Assembly: GCA_951406725.2 (NCBI GenBank)
Contig: OX597830.1
Location: 51,336,001-51,400,000, forward strand
DNA length: 64,000 bases
Direction: 5' to 3'
Source of the DNA: Octopus vulgaris
Lineage: Eukaryota
Positions 14,024 through 27,433 of the stretch are shown here, one piece after another. Below the pieces are notes generated by a model that saw only the letters and a program-made list of their open reading frames with translations, had not been told where the DNA came from and did no database searches. The translations under genes and the position numbers were made by a program. Each line of letters opens with the position of its first letter. Position 1 is the first letter of the stretch.

Positions 14024-14217
14024 ATATAGAAAATAATGTGTATATATTTTCTATATTCTATATAGAATATATTTGTGTATACACGCACGCAAATATATTT
14101 ACGAATACATATGTTGCGTGTGTATGCGCGCGCGTGTGTGTGGGTGTGTGTGAGTGTGTGTGTGCGTGTGTGTCCATCTGTGTATAAAGGTTTATAGTGT
14201 ATATGCAATATACATAC

Positions 14218-14250
<33 letters not shown>

Positions 14251-14271
14251 CATACATATATATACATATAT

Positions 14272-14331
<60 letters not shown>

Positions 14332-14332
<1 letters not shown>

Positions 14333-14536
14333 CCATGCTCGACTGCTGAAATCTACGCGTTTTTTAATTGTTTCTTTGTTTACTTTCTCGCATTTCTTTC
14401 TGTTGAAGAGCGTAGGCTCGAAACGTAAAATACTTTTTCATTTTCCTGAATGTCAAACTAACAGATTAGCCTGTTGTTCATACGCCTGTCTTTGTCTTTT
14501 ATTTTTCTATAAATTTCATAGATATATATATGTATG

Positions 14537-14574
<38 letters not shown>

Positions 14575-14880
14575 AGAATAAATGTTTTTATATATAAAGA
14601 ACGTGAAATACAGGAAGGCACGAACACGGAACACAGACAAATCATTCGAAGCCTTCAATCTTCAGTCAGACACCGAATCATCATAGCAAATTTCGGCTGT
14701 TCAATTCTGATATTTGCTCCAACTCGGCCAGCCCCAAGAAAAAACTAAGCTGTAAGCATTAGATTTCTTGGTAGAAGACAGGAATGTGAACGCACGAGAC
14801 GGATGTAAATACAAGAGACGAAAACGAAATTGAAAACAGTAATGGATAAACAAAATATAACGATGGTTGTCTTACGACTT
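14332..14880. mobile_element. Two PLE-type terminal fragments in opposite orientation around a (TA)n tract
   Basis: 14390-14500 matches the arms at 28151-28805 (ctgttgaagagcgtaggctcgaaacgt). 14600-14880 on minus resembles 26660-26820 (ctgactgaaga). Confidence 0.55.
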
Positions 14881-14938
14881 TAGACCAAATGAGACAAAAA
14901 CAACAACAACATAGCAGCTGGCGTAGAAATAATTACCG

Positions 14939-14993
<55 letters not shown>

Positions 14994-15004
14994 ACATATA
15001 TAAG

Positions 15005-15061
<57 letters not shown>

Positions 15062-15066
15062 ACATA

Positions 15067-15156
<90 letters not shown>

Positions 15157-17556
15157 CAACATGATATCAAGAAGTGATGCAGTGCTATCCTCAGCTGCAG
15201 AAATAAATAGAATTTTAACTAGTTGGACAAATTAATATAACTTTTCTCAAATACTTCAACAGAGCAAGAAGATGGAAGAAATTCATGTTGATGCTATTGT
15301 AGCTAAGAATAGACTACACTTCCAAGAATGGTTTCTGTTTATAATGATGGGTAAAAGAGAGTTGACAGCTCATGGGTAGGTGCGATCATAAATGTTGTCA
15401 TATGTACCCTTTTCTTCAGGTAAGGAAGAAGACATTAGGAGTAGTCAATTGGATATAGAGTAACTGTCTAAAAAAGGAGGCTGGGTAGGGGAAGACTCTA
15501 AATCATGATGTTAATTACCAGTTAAAGGGGCAAGACGCTAATAAAACCTAGGATGTTAATACAGAGGAAATTTTATCTTGGGGTACTATGGGTGATTGTG
15601 TATAAACAATATTGTTATGGTGTATAAAAATAAAATTTAAGATTTTCAAAAATGATATCATAACCAAAATAGTTAACATGTGTGTATATATCAGTTATCA
15701 ACATTAAAAAGTTAAGATTACATAGACTTAGTTTAATATTCATTCATGTTTAATATTCATTTATTAATTACTTCTTGGGTGGTTTCTATATAGACTGCTC
15801 AGTGCAGGAAAGATAAACATGCTGTCTATATATTAATTATAAGCCAAGAATTACAAATATTTATACGTTTATATAGATATAGTATAACCATCTCGCATAG
15901 AAGTAAGTAACTGAAAAGTATCTCTTTACGAACAAGAAAAATAACAATTTATAAGGGATAAGAGGTTAATAGGTTATGCACATATATGCATATATACACA
16001 CATACAAAAATGTATACGTTTATAAGGATACAGTATAACCTCTATTTAAGAACAGCAACAACTTATATGGATAAGAGGTTAGTTGGTAAGGATATCAAAA
16101 TAAGAAAACAAAATAATGAGAATTTATAGAGAATAATAAGAAATACATATCACTCACATTTAAAGAGGTAGGGAAGAGATAAAGGTAAGCTGAAAAGAGG
16201 AGGTAGTAGGTATGAGCGTAGTGAGAGCAGTTAGAGGTATTCAGACCAAAGAAGTTTTATAAGTTGCTATGTTACATGTGCTATTAAATATATATGATTT
16301 TATAGTTTTTAGTGGGTATATAATTAGGAAACTTACATAAAAGCCAGTACAAATATACATAATATGATCAGTAGGGTAGAACATCATAGAAAGGGAAAAA
16401 ATAGTTTAATCACCAAAAGCATGATGAAGTCAGACTAATTAGACATGCTTTATCATGGGATAGTAATTACATATAGCACACCACATACCATAACATATAG
16501 CTTATAACATATGCAATGCAATTTAATTCACCATTTAACTCAATATCCCATGATTTTATTATATCTAATGCTGGCGGGTAAATTTACCACGGATACGGCA
16601 CCAAAATTAATTTCCACCATCAAAGTTCAAGTATGGCACCTATAATCGCTAATTTCGAAAACGCTTAAATGTACGAATGACGCTATGTACGCATGATGCC
16701 CTTAGGTCTAATCTATAATTAATCAGGTTGTTCTTGTCCCTATAATTAAAATCTCATAAGTTTCCATAGGGCACAGCTCGCACCCGTATCGACTATCTCA
16801 ATAACGCTGCGCTTTCCGTATTATATCCCATTTAAGCTAGATTCGATCCCGCTTTCCCTCAGTTCCCAAATCTTACTAGATAAGGACGTACAACTGGCAT
16901 CTAAAATATGAAAAATGATTATTGATACGTTTTTTCATATTTATCGAACGCGTTATTTAGTGTATACATACGTATGTATATGTGTATTACATGTGTATGT
17001 GCGTGTGTGATTGTCTGCGTGCGTGTATGTGTGTGTGTAAGTGAGAAAGAGAGAGAGAGTGTGTATGTGTGTGTGTGTTTACGTAAGTGAATATGTGATT
17101 GAACGAGTTTCTATGTTAAAATATAGAACATAACAGTTTTCACAGCTCTATAAGCATGCTTCGTCAGTAATTCTACGCTTGGGCGATTTAATTTCTCAAT
17201 AACAATGCCCTGAATATACTTTCTAACATACACACCCATTTCCTTACAAGAGATAACAATGTTATCTATTGTAAACGGAGAGTGTATGAATTATGTATTG
17301 CTAAAGTTAGAGGTAGTTTTATGTATGCGAATTTGTATGCTCTGATATAAGTGATGTAAGTGTATAGACATATGTGTAGTGTGTGTGTGTGTGTGAACGT
17401 ATGAGTGTGTATATTTATGGATGGATGTATATATATATATGATTGTATGTATGTGTGTGCATATAGGCGTCATGCAGTGAGGCTGAACCCGGGACCATGT
17501 GGTTGGGAAGCAATCATCTTACCAGACAGCCACGCTCCCTCTCTCTCTCTTTCTTC

Positions 17557-17665
<109 letters not shown>

Positions 17666-17679
17666 AGCTGTTTATGATA

Positions 17680-18080
17680 GTTTCATATTTTGGCCACCAA
17701 TTTTAAGGGGAAGGTTTAAGTGATCAATTGGTATTTATATTATCGACCCCGGAAGAATGAAACAGAAAGCCGATCTCGGTGCAGTTTGATCTCAGAACAT
17801 AAAGATTCGGAAAAAAATGTTGTTAGGTATTTTGTCCGATGCGCTAACGATCCTACCAGCTCGCCGCCTAAGATAGTAATGAAAGACCTTTCTGATATAG
17901 GCACAAGGCTTGACATTTTGGGGGAAGAAGTTACTGGATTGCATCCACACCGGTGCTCAACTGGTTCTTATTGTATCGACACCCACAAGATGAAAAGCAA
18001 TATCGTCCCGGTCGGTCCGAAAGGAAATAAGGACGAAATGCTGTTAAACACTTCGTCCGGCATGCTAGCTATTCCACAAC
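17680..18080 (-). mobile_element. Two degraded family-B SINE copies
   Basis: tggtatttatattatcgaccccggaagaatgaaa...gctaacgatcctaccagctcgccgcc; second copy ctggttcttattgtatcgacacccacaagatgaaaagcaa. Confidence 0.7.
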
Positions 18081-18117
18081 CTCACCACCATACTACTACT
18101 ACTACTACTACTACTAC

Positions 18118-18163
<46 letters not shown>

Positions 18164-19069
18164 CTAAGGGAACAGGCCTAACTCCTTTTTTTATTTTGCT
18201 GCGGGGTTGTGTAGCATTTTCTGCGGGATCTTTTCCAAGTTATTGAGCGAAATTCTACAGCATTCTGCCAACATCTCTTTTCTGTCAGTGTATATGAGCA
18301 GTGTGTGCTCCAATGCGGGTGTGATTACACATATCGCGTACTATTGCATCTTAAAAAAAATATTTTTAAAGTATAAAATACATTTTGACAAAAGGAAAGA
18401 GGAGGCTTTAATATTTAACCTTTTTTTTTCCCCTCTGAAGCCCTTACTTACGTATGTACTCATTCTGAAACCCTGTTTTTGATCTTTGATCGGATATGGC
18501 AATATTTATTATCTTTGAAATCGTACTTAGAACATCTTTGAGTACAGAAAAGAATATTTTGAAAGAAAGTACGAGGGCTGTTTTGATTTCTGAAATGGTT
18601 TCACAATATTCTGATGTCTGAAGAAAATCGAAATTTAATCCAATCAGGTATTTCACCTTTCTGTGGGAAGAAATCAAACGGTGCATCTTTGTGATCCCTT
18701 GATAGGCTAGAAATAGAAGCCAAAAATTCTTAAATTACACCTAGCTGTAGGAGCATTTGATGGATGTAGTCTTTCATACACGACATCTGAGAATGGGCGT
18801 GTCCTGGAGATGTACTACAAAAAAAGGACAGCATTAAAAGCAACAGAATGATATTAAGTAATCAGTAAGAATTCGGTTTCTTATGCAATATATTTTGCAT
18901 ATTTGTAAAGTGGAAATGATTCGAACGGGAAGACGTTGCACAATCGCTCGGCTACTAGAAGAAGCAGCCAGATCTTCCTCAAACTTCACTCAATTCTCTT
19001 AAGCTTGATCGATCAAGGTTCAACCATATCTATACGCACCTTTAGAAGTAATTAATTAAGAAGTAATTA

Positions 19070-19333
19070 AAATAAAATAAATGCGCCCTTTTAAAGCCTA
19101 GCCAGGCTCATGGGCCCGCCCGGTTTCCCGGTTTCCATGGGGTATGTGTTCCCCAGCTGGATGGAACGCCAGTCCATCGTAGCGTTACTCATTTTTGCTA
19201 GCTAAACGGACTGGAGCAACGTGAAATGAAGTGTTTCGCAGAAGAACACAATGCGTCGCCCGGTCCAGGAATCGAAACCACAATCTTACGATCATGATGC
19301 TGACACCCTAACCACTAAGCCACGCGCCTCCAC
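19070..19333 (-). mobile_element. tRNA-derived SINE, family C, full length
   Basis: Minus: GTGGAGGCGCGTGGCTTAGTGGTTAGG (A box)..GGTTTCGATTCC (B box)..TTTCACGTTGCTCCAGT..CGATGGACTGGCGTTCCATCCAG, (TTTTA) tail. Confidence 0.85.
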
Positions 19334-20694
19334 TCTACGAAGTAATTACTGAAGTTAAACTACACGTTATGAATAATCATAAATATACACTGACTCATAT
19401 CTATCTAAATTTCATTTCCACTGTTTGTCGACAAAGTTTTTATCGACATACATAATAGCTGACATGGAAATGACATGTCAGGTGTTTGTTGTTTTTTTAA
19501 ATATATTTTGTGATTTAGTTACTACACACATCCTAACATAAATGTTCTACATACGGGATACAATATGATTTAACCTCACTCTACTTTTTCCTCCCCCTTC
19601 TCATTCTTCTTTTCCTTCTCCTTAATATTGTCGATGTTCTTGTTTCTTGCCGTAGGCAAACACCTTTTACAAGCTCCGAAGAATTTGTATTTTTATCATT
19701 GTGGAACGAGAGAATCTACTAGCTTCACAAAATTATCCAAGAAAATGACAATTTCCCTCGTTCAGTTGCATTTTGTTTCTGTCTGCCCATTGACTCACAG
19801 CATATAGATCAGACTGGAGTTGAGTTCGTTCTGCTTCTTCAAGTTACTTTGGCCTCAAAACTGCACCAAGAAGAAATTTAAACCTCTGTGTAGAGAAAGG
19901 TACATAAAATCCAACGCAGGGAGGCTTACCTGGGATTTAGAATTGAAAAGACTGCGAGGAGACAATCGTAAAGTATGAGATACACGCCTACCCTCATATT
20001 TCGCTCCAATATTTGGAACCCGAATAGCACAAGGGTGATGGTTAGAGACATCAGCTATGATGTTGACCCGCCTCCCCCAATAGGTTGTTATCACTTTTGT
20101 AATACAGTCATGGTGGGTGATCAACGTAGTGTGAAAAGAGATGCGATGTAGTTGGGGCAAGAGGAGAGTTTTGGTGATCTCCGAACATTACAACATGATG
20201 AAATAGCCGGAAGAGGGGTAATATTGAGAGAGAGAGGGGATGAGAGAGGGGGTGAGAGAGAGAGAGAGAAATACCGGTATACCAAATACTATACAACAAA
20301 TATGCTTCATTTATTAAAATTATGAATATATACATACAGATACAGACAGTTATTCTAAATTAAAACCGAGCCGTTAATTACCGTAAATGAGCACTTAGTA
20401 GACTTGGTACTGTTATAACAGGCGCTACTTATTCACTGAATATTTCCCGCGTTCGTCAATCCAACATCTGTGAAGCAACAAAAGAGACTCCATAGGTGAT
20501 CGCTTCGCTTACTAGAAATAGCGGCATAAATTACCTCAAATCAGACCCTACACCCTTTGGTCCACTCTTTCGTCACTCTGTTTGGTAGTCTTCTACTATT
20601 ATTACAATTGCTAGTACTGCTACTACTAACGTACATATTTTATTGTTGTTTTCTAGTAAGTTGCAATTCCTACAATGCACCCCCATATATATAT

Positions 20695-20767
<73 letters not shown>

Positions 20768-20770
20768 CAC

Positions 20771-20841
<71 letters not shown>

Positions 20842-20888
20842 CATATATATATATATATACATATATATTATATATGTACATATATATA

Positions 20889-20935
<47 letters not shown>

Positions 20936-21285
20936 GCATTCGACGTGTGCGTGTATGCGTGTGTATGAGCACGCTCGTGTGTATGAACAGATAACATATA
21001 TAAATACATATTAGTGCAGGCATATCTATGTCTTAAGTTTTAAGTTGGTAGCATGTGTAACCACCATGTTCCGGGTTCAATCTTACTGCATGTCAACTAA
21101 GATGAATGTCTTTCAGTATCACTTCAAGTTAACCCAATTGCGTAACTGAGCTGTCATCGGGTTTGATCTGTACACACCCATCTCTGCCTTAAGCAGGATA
21201 TCTATTTACAAAGCGAGACCGATTGTATATTTATTAAACGTACTCATATAACATTTATATATTTATGTATGAAGGTATTTGTAAT

Positions 21286-21337
<52 letters not shown>

Positions 21338-22066
21338 CGTACATATCTGAGCATGTATGATGGTTTTGTATATGTATGTATTATTAATTGTATGTGTGTG
21401 CGTATGTACGTTATTTTTATGAATGTATGTATGTCTACAATGGCAATTGTTGATGTAACACGTTCCAGCCGAGACACAATAGCACAGCATTCAGCAGAGG
21501 ATAGATGCCACATTCTTCAGCATCGACAAATATGTCTTTCATTTTGTACTGCGTTGTTCTGGCGATTTAGCTGCACTTAAGTTACACAAATATAAAGCAA
21601 CTTAACAATGAAATACAGAATAGAGACACGCCCTGACACCTGACTGATCTACGCACTAAAATCATACAAACTGCTAGACAATTCGGTTGATGTTTTTGTC
21701 GTTGTTGTTGTTGTTATTATTATTATTAAGGACGGTGTCGGTCGTCATTGAGCAAAGCTTATGTCAAAAAAATTTCCAGTCGTGGCAACCTCATTTATTT
21801 TACGGGTGAGTATATAAGTCTACAATATTTAATGTGCTTTCCACGTTATACAGTAATCCAGGTGTGATTTAAAGCAAATTTGGCTGCTATTTCTAGCACC
21901 AAGGTACAATATAGAAGCTTCCCTATTGATGTTATTGCTAAACTTGGGTAATTTCTGATTGAGTAAGCCTTTGGTGAACGACTTTTCAATCGGTAACCAC
22001 CCCGTCTCTTTTAAACACACACACATAGACACACACACATACATACGTACATATATATATATATAT

Positions 22067-22137
<71 letters not shown>

Positions 22138-23029
22138 CCGTATTTGATGGCCTATAAGACGCACGAGTGCATAGGATACACCCTAGCCTATGGTTTCCTT
22201 TCTTCGCTGGCTGTAGTTTAATTTTTGGCAGCTGCCAGAAACGTGCCATATTTTCATTAGGAGGAGGGCCAAAATACTGTACCGCTGCTCTGTTTCCATG
22301 CACTTTAGCGTAGTCTATTACTTGAAGCTTGTACCGAATAGTGTAGCTTAACCTCTTTCCTCCTGTAGGAAAAATCCGTATAGGTAAAATCTCTCAATAT
22401 ATAAACGACAAAATGTGTGTGTGTGTTTATCCTTATACAAATCCACAATTTTTCAGTTAGAGGGCTCGCACTTTCTATGGTCATTCAAAGCCGTGCAAGG
22501 GTAGTCGTGCACATCTTTACATTTCCCCAGTCACACGGCAAAGCCATTAAAAAAATCAATAGAATGGACTTTTTTGTGAATTTTTTATCCAAAACCCAAT
22601 CAAAATACCCGAAATTTGATACGCCAATTGAATGCCAGCTAGGTGTATGTGATTGGTCGGAGATGCGGACAGTACTCGCGTGTATGTGCGCACGCACGCA
22701 GCTGTATACGCATGCACATGCACTATGACCCGGCGTTGCCGGTCCATAGTACTAGTCTAGAATATTAAAAAAGAAAATCTCTGATCCGTAACAACCTGTG
22801 TCTCGTGAACGACTCAATGAAAGTTTCGTGTTATCCTTCATATAGCGAACGTCGACAGCGTTGCCAGGTAGCTTCAGCGTTGCCATCAAGTGATGATTCA
22901 ATAGATGGCAGCACATGTTTTCTAAGCAAACATGTAAAGCGTTTTTGAGTCTACATTGAATGTATTCGACACAGGATTTTAAAGCCATTTTGGGGTAAAA
23001 AGGTGCATCTTATAGGCCATCAAATGCGG
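22138..23029 (-). mobile_element. Non-autonomous pogo-like DNA transposon with N-terminal transposase remnant
   Basis: TIRs CCGTATTTGATGGCCTATAAGACGCAC / GTGCATCTTATAGGCCATCAAATGCGG with TA on both sides. Minus strand ~22200-22350 encodes SYTIRYKLQVIDYAKVHGNRAAVQYFGPPPNENMARFW, like a Brinker-type DNA-binding domain of pogo transposases. Confidence 0.9.
22390..22755 (+). mobile_element. Non-autonomous Helitron nested in the pogo element
   Basis: Starts A|TCTCTCAATATATAAA. Ends with GC-rich hairpin gacccggc-gtt-gccggtc (22727-22744) then CTAG|T at 22752-22755. No TSD. Confidence 0.8.
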
Positions 23030-23049
23030 TATATATATATGGATATACG

Positions 23050-23137
<88 letters not shown>

Positions 23138-23677
23138 CAGAGACAGTGAGGCACAGTGACAGACAGACAACCAGACAGACTGACAGGCAGACAGACAGTG
23201 ACAGAGACATCTTTTCCAATGCGCCTCTCGTAACTAAACAGTGGAAACGATTTCTAGTAGGTTGTGTGATTTTGTAGACATTGCTTCTTTCTGATATTTT
23301 TGTTTATCTACAATTAAATATTCAGGAGTCCAACCGTGACTGTTCCGCAATTTTCTTTTCAGGCACAGCCAATATGTCTTCATTATCTTTTAATATAACA
23401 GGGTGCGAACTAATGGTGATTAAGTTGCCGCTTCAAGCATATCAGTTCATCACTAACAACACAGTGCTCCACCCTCCTTTCATTGTTGTGCGTTGCAGTT
23501 ATCTATGGCGGGTACAGAGCGTTGTGTTTAATATTAAACTGAATGCTACCATCCTGTTATTGTATTACCGAGTACCATTGTGATCGTCTAATGCGGCATT
23601 AAATGACACTTCTACATTAGCACATAATGTATTAGAGACCCATGGTATCACAAATTTTGTGTGTACGCGTGTGTGTT

Positions 23678-23724
<47 letters not shown>

Positions 23725-24009
23725 CAACAATTGAGGGTAAAATTAATTAATTATTAATCAATTTCACCAAGTGTTCAGTATGCAAAGGGACCATTTAAGG
23801 CGAATTCAAATTATTACATTATATAAAAGGGCTTAGTAAAATAAATTACTTTGCCGCATACTGAACTCATTAGAAATAGCAGCTAAAAAACTTTTTTTAA
23901 AGCTATTTCTAATACTTAAAGAAAATCTCTCTCATATATAGTGTTTGCTTAATTCAACTCACAAAAGTTTGGGGGTAAGGACATCAAAAAATCAAATGCT
24001 AAGGTTATT

Positions 24010-24061
24010 TGAGAACGTACGTTTCAAGATTAGTCAAAACAACACTTCTATCATCAGCTCA
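24010..24061 (-). ncRNA. Minimal type I hammerhead ribozyme, copy 1
   Basis: Reverse complement of TGAG CTGATGA tagaagtgttgttttgactaatctt GAAAC GTAC GTT CTCA. Confidence 0.7.
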
Positions 24062-24555
24062 GAAACTCCTTGGTTTGGATTTGGAAACACTGAAAGTAAG
24101 AACATACCCTTTCGAAGATCCGCTCGTAACTAACAGTGCCAACAAACCCAAATAAGCAAGCGAAGAATTTCTGTTCTCCCCTTTCCACCAGCGTGGGTTA
24201 AAATCATCAAACACTATGCTTATTTCGGTAAAATCCGAAGCATTAATTAGAGGGAGATTAATTATAATTTCAACAATTGAGGGTAAAATTAATTAATTAT
24301 TAATCAATTTCACCAAGTGTTCAGTATGCAAAGGGACCATTTAAGGCGAATTCAAATTATTACATTATATAAAAGGGCTTAGTAAAATAAATTACTTTGC
24401 CGCATACTGAACTCATTAGAAATAGCAGCTAAAAAACCTTTTTTAAAGCTATTTCTAATACTTAAAGAAAATCTCTCTCATATATAGTGTTTGCTTAATT
24501 CAACTCACAAAAGTTTGAGGGTAAGGACATCAAAAAATCGAATGCTAAGGTTATT

Positions 24556-24607
24556 TGAGAACGTACGTTTCAAGATTAGTCAAAACAACACTTCTATCAT
24601 CAGCTCA
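24556..24607 (-). ncRNA. Minimal type I hammerhead ribozyme, copy 2
   Basis: Same motif one period (546 bp) away. Confidence 0.7.
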
Positions 24608-24822
24608 GAAACTCCTTGGTTTGGATTTGGAAACACTGAAAGTAAGAACATACTTTTCGAAGATCCGCAGTGCCGTAACAACACCCGTGAATAAACCGCA
24701 AATAAGAGAACAGAAATTCTTCGCTTGCTTATTTGGGTTTGTTGGCACTGTTAGTTACGAGCGGATCTTCGAAAGGGTATGTTCTTACTTTCAGTGTTTC
24801 CAAATCCAAACCAAGGAGTTTC

Positions 24823-24874
24823 TGAGCTGATGATAGAAGTGTTGTTTTGACTAATCTTGAAACGTACGTTCTCA
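24823..24874 (+). ncRNA. Minimal type I hammerhead ribozyme, copy 3
   Basis: Stem I TGAG/CTCA, CTGATGA at 24827-24833, GAAAC at 24859-24863, palindromic GTAC loop, GUU triplet ending at 24870. Confidence 0.7.
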
Positions 24875-25366
24875 AATAACCTTAGCATTCGATTTTTTGA
24901 TGTCCTTACCCCCAAACTTTTGTGAGTTGAATTAAGCAAACACTATATATGAGAGAGATTTTCTTTAAGTATTAGAAATAGCTTTAAAAAGTTTTTTGGC
25001 TGCTATTTCTAATGAGTTCAGTATGCGGCAAAGTAATTTATTTTACTAAGCCCTTTTATATAATGTAATAATTTGAATTCGCCTTAAATGGTCCCTTTGC
25101 ATACTGAACACTTGGTGAAATTGATTAATAATTAATTAATTTTACCCTCAATTGTTGAAATTATAATTAATCTCCCTCTAATTAATGCTTCGGATTTTAC
25201 CGAAATAAGCATAGTGTTTGATGATTTTAACCCACGCTGGTGGAAAGGGGAGAACAGAAATTCTTCGCTTGCTTATTTGGGTTTGTTGGCACTGTTAGTT
25301 ACGAGCGGATCTTCGAAAGGGTATGTTCTTACTTTCAGTGTTTTCAAATCCAAACCAAGGAGTTTC

Positions 25367-25418
25367 TGAGCTGATGATAGAAGTGTTGTTTTGACTAATC
25401 TTGAAACGTACGTTCTCA
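25367..25418 (+). ncRNA. Minimal type I hammerhead ribozyme, copy 4
   Basis: Same motif 544 bp downstream of copy 3. Confidence 0.7.
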
Positions 25419-25528
25419 AATAACCTTAGCATTCGATTTTTTGATGTCCTTACCCTCAAACTTTTGTGAGTTGAATTAAGCAAACACTATATATGAGAGA
25501 GATTTTCTTTAAGTATTAGAAATAGTTT

Positions 25529-25559
<31 letters not shown>

Positions 25560-25859
25560 GTATATATATAGATACTTATATATATATATATATATACTTA
25601 TATATATATATATATATGTATGTATGTGCATCTTTCTCTCTTACTATATATACATATATACATACACACACACACACACTTGTAGGAAAATTTATGACGG
25701 AACACAAACCGGATAGAGTTTACAATTAGAAGGAATCAAATAATAAAATTGAAGAAAGATATGTTTTGAGTCAAGTCTTAAGAAAAGGAATATGCGTGTG
25801 TATGTGTAAGTTTATACATACATGTACGTGTGAGTGTGCGTATGTGTGTGTGTTTGCAT

Positions 25860-26025
25860 AGGCGTGGCTATGTGGTAAGAAGCTTGCTTCTCAACCACAT
25901 GGTTCTGGGTTCAGTTTCACTGCGTCGCACCTTGGGCAAGTGTCTTTTAATTTAGTCTGGGGCCGACCAAGACTTGTGAGTGGATTTGGTAGACGGAAAA
26001 GAAAACTGAAAAGAAGCCTGTCGTT
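25860..26025 (+). mobile_element. Family-A SINE, 5' half
   Basis: GGCGTGGCTATGTGGTAAGAAGCTTGCTTC..GGGTTCAG..CACCTTGGGCAAGTGTCTT..GGATTTGGTAGACGGAAA. Confidence 0.85.
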
Positions 26026-26245
26026 CAGAACGAACAGTTAATCAAGTACAGAGCGATTATAAGAAAATCAGATGACAAGAGAATAAACGATTATCTTATG
26101 AACTTCATTAGCTTACAACTCTTTCTGCAATAAGATGCAATGGACTCATAGCCGAGTAATTGAATAACACTTTATAGTTTCATCGAAGTCTCCAGTATAT
26201 TAAGTGCAATTTATTTGGAAAAATAATTAAATTCATACATGTATG

Positions 26246-26280
<35 letters not shown>

Positions 26281-26861
26281 CTCCAAAAGGGAGATGAACA
26301 CCTTTTCTCCATGCGATCGGCTTGAAAACTTCTTAAGCTATTAATAAGACATTTTTCATAACATGAAACTAGTTGTAGCCTTAATAGACAAATGAAGAAA
26401 ATCTATCCACCAATTCTGTGTTGAGCACTCATTCTCGTCGTTTGGTATTTATGTATACACACAGACACACACAGACACACACACACACATACACACCCAC
26501 GAATGCATTTGTGTTTGTGAGTGTATGTGAGTATGTATGTTTATGTAAACCTGGAGAGAGTGGAAAGAAGAAATGACCTTACAGGATAAAGTTACCCGAT
26601 AGTTCAATGATTTGAACTCAAAACCATAAAATGCAATAGAAACACTCGTCAAAATTATGAACTTTCTGCTACTTTCTACGTCTGCTAATTACCTAAAACT
26701 TATTTTTTGATAAGGTTGACCGGGTCACAAATGTAGGGCCGGATTGAGAAAACCAGCTCTAAGGCAATAAATTAACTGATTCTGGTATTGGCAAGAGTAC
26801 TGACTGAAGATCTAGCCCAGTAATTTTATTCCCTTTTTATATATGCTATATATGAATACGT

Positions 26862-27433
26862 GTGAAGGCGCATGGCTCAGTGGTTAGAGGCGGTGAGCTG
26901 GCAGAAACGTTAGCACGCCGGGCGAAATGCGTAGCCATATTTCGTCTGTCGTTACGTTCTGAGTTCAAATTCCGCCGAGGTCGACTTTGCCTTTCATCCT
27001 TTCGGAGTCGATAAATTAAGTACCAGTTACGCACTGGGGTCGATGTAATCGACTTAATACCTATGTCTGTCCTTGTTTGTCCCCGCTGTCTTTAACCCCT
27101 TGTGGGTAATAAAGAAATAGGTTAGAGTGTAGAGCTTGAGATCGTGAGGTTGTGATTTCGATTCCCGGACTGGGCTCCATGATGTGTTCTTGAGCAATAC
27201 ACTATTACAGGTTGCTCCAGTTAACTCAACTGTAGAAATGAGTTGCGACATCACTGATGCCAAGCTGTATCGACCTTTCCCTTGGATAACATTTGTGGTG
27301 TGGAGAGGGGAGGTTGGTATGCATGGGCGACTGCTGGCCTTCCATAAACAATCTTGCCCTGACTTGTGCCTCGGAGGGTAACTTTCTAAGTGTAATCCCA
27401 TAGTCATTCATGACTGAAGGGGATCTCCTCCTC
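26862..27433 (+). mobile_element. tRNA-derived SINE, family D, interrupted by a family-B SINE
   Basis: Collinear with the intact copy at 42452-42790. Outer TSD atatgaatacgt at 26850 and 27434. Confidence 0.9.
26890..27119 (+). mobile_element. Family-B SINE, young full-length copy, 8-bp TSD GGTTAGAG
   Basis: TSD at 26882-26889 and 27120-27127; closely matches 3198-3426. Confidence 0.9.

Larger units (their letters stand above)
23721..25528. mobile_element. Retrozyme / PLE-pLTR-like array: ~545-bp unit, ~1.75 tandem copies then ~1.5 inverted tandem copies, inside (TA)n
   Basis: Unit starts at 23721 and 24267 (period 546), junction at 24669-24706, inverted copies from 24707 and ~25251 (period 544). 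Copies differ at only a few positions. Confidence 0.9.

Noticed and set aside
15240-16900. Complex, microsatellite-poor stretch that might hide exons
   Set aside because: No ORF of 60 aa or more and no consistent splice pair; contains a small old duplication (~15855-16090); probably decayed TE sequence.
17125-17175. Minus-strand CTGACGA...GAAAA hammerhead-like trace (similar traces near 28050, 35056, 35355, 14670)
   Set aside because: Core incomplete or stems weak; likely decayed relics, not supportable as ribozymes.
18700-18725. GCTAGAAATAG(C) resembles the SpCas9 sgRNA scaffold; tandem units might suggest CRISPR
   Set aside because: Only an ~11-13 nt match in a eukaryotic repeat motif; no repeat-spacer array or cas genes.
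23945-25483. Four near-identical 62-67 aa ORFs (MLNSTHKSL...)
   Set aside because: TTG-start frames antisense to the hammerhead in each repeat unit; one copy is frameshifted; no recognisable domain.
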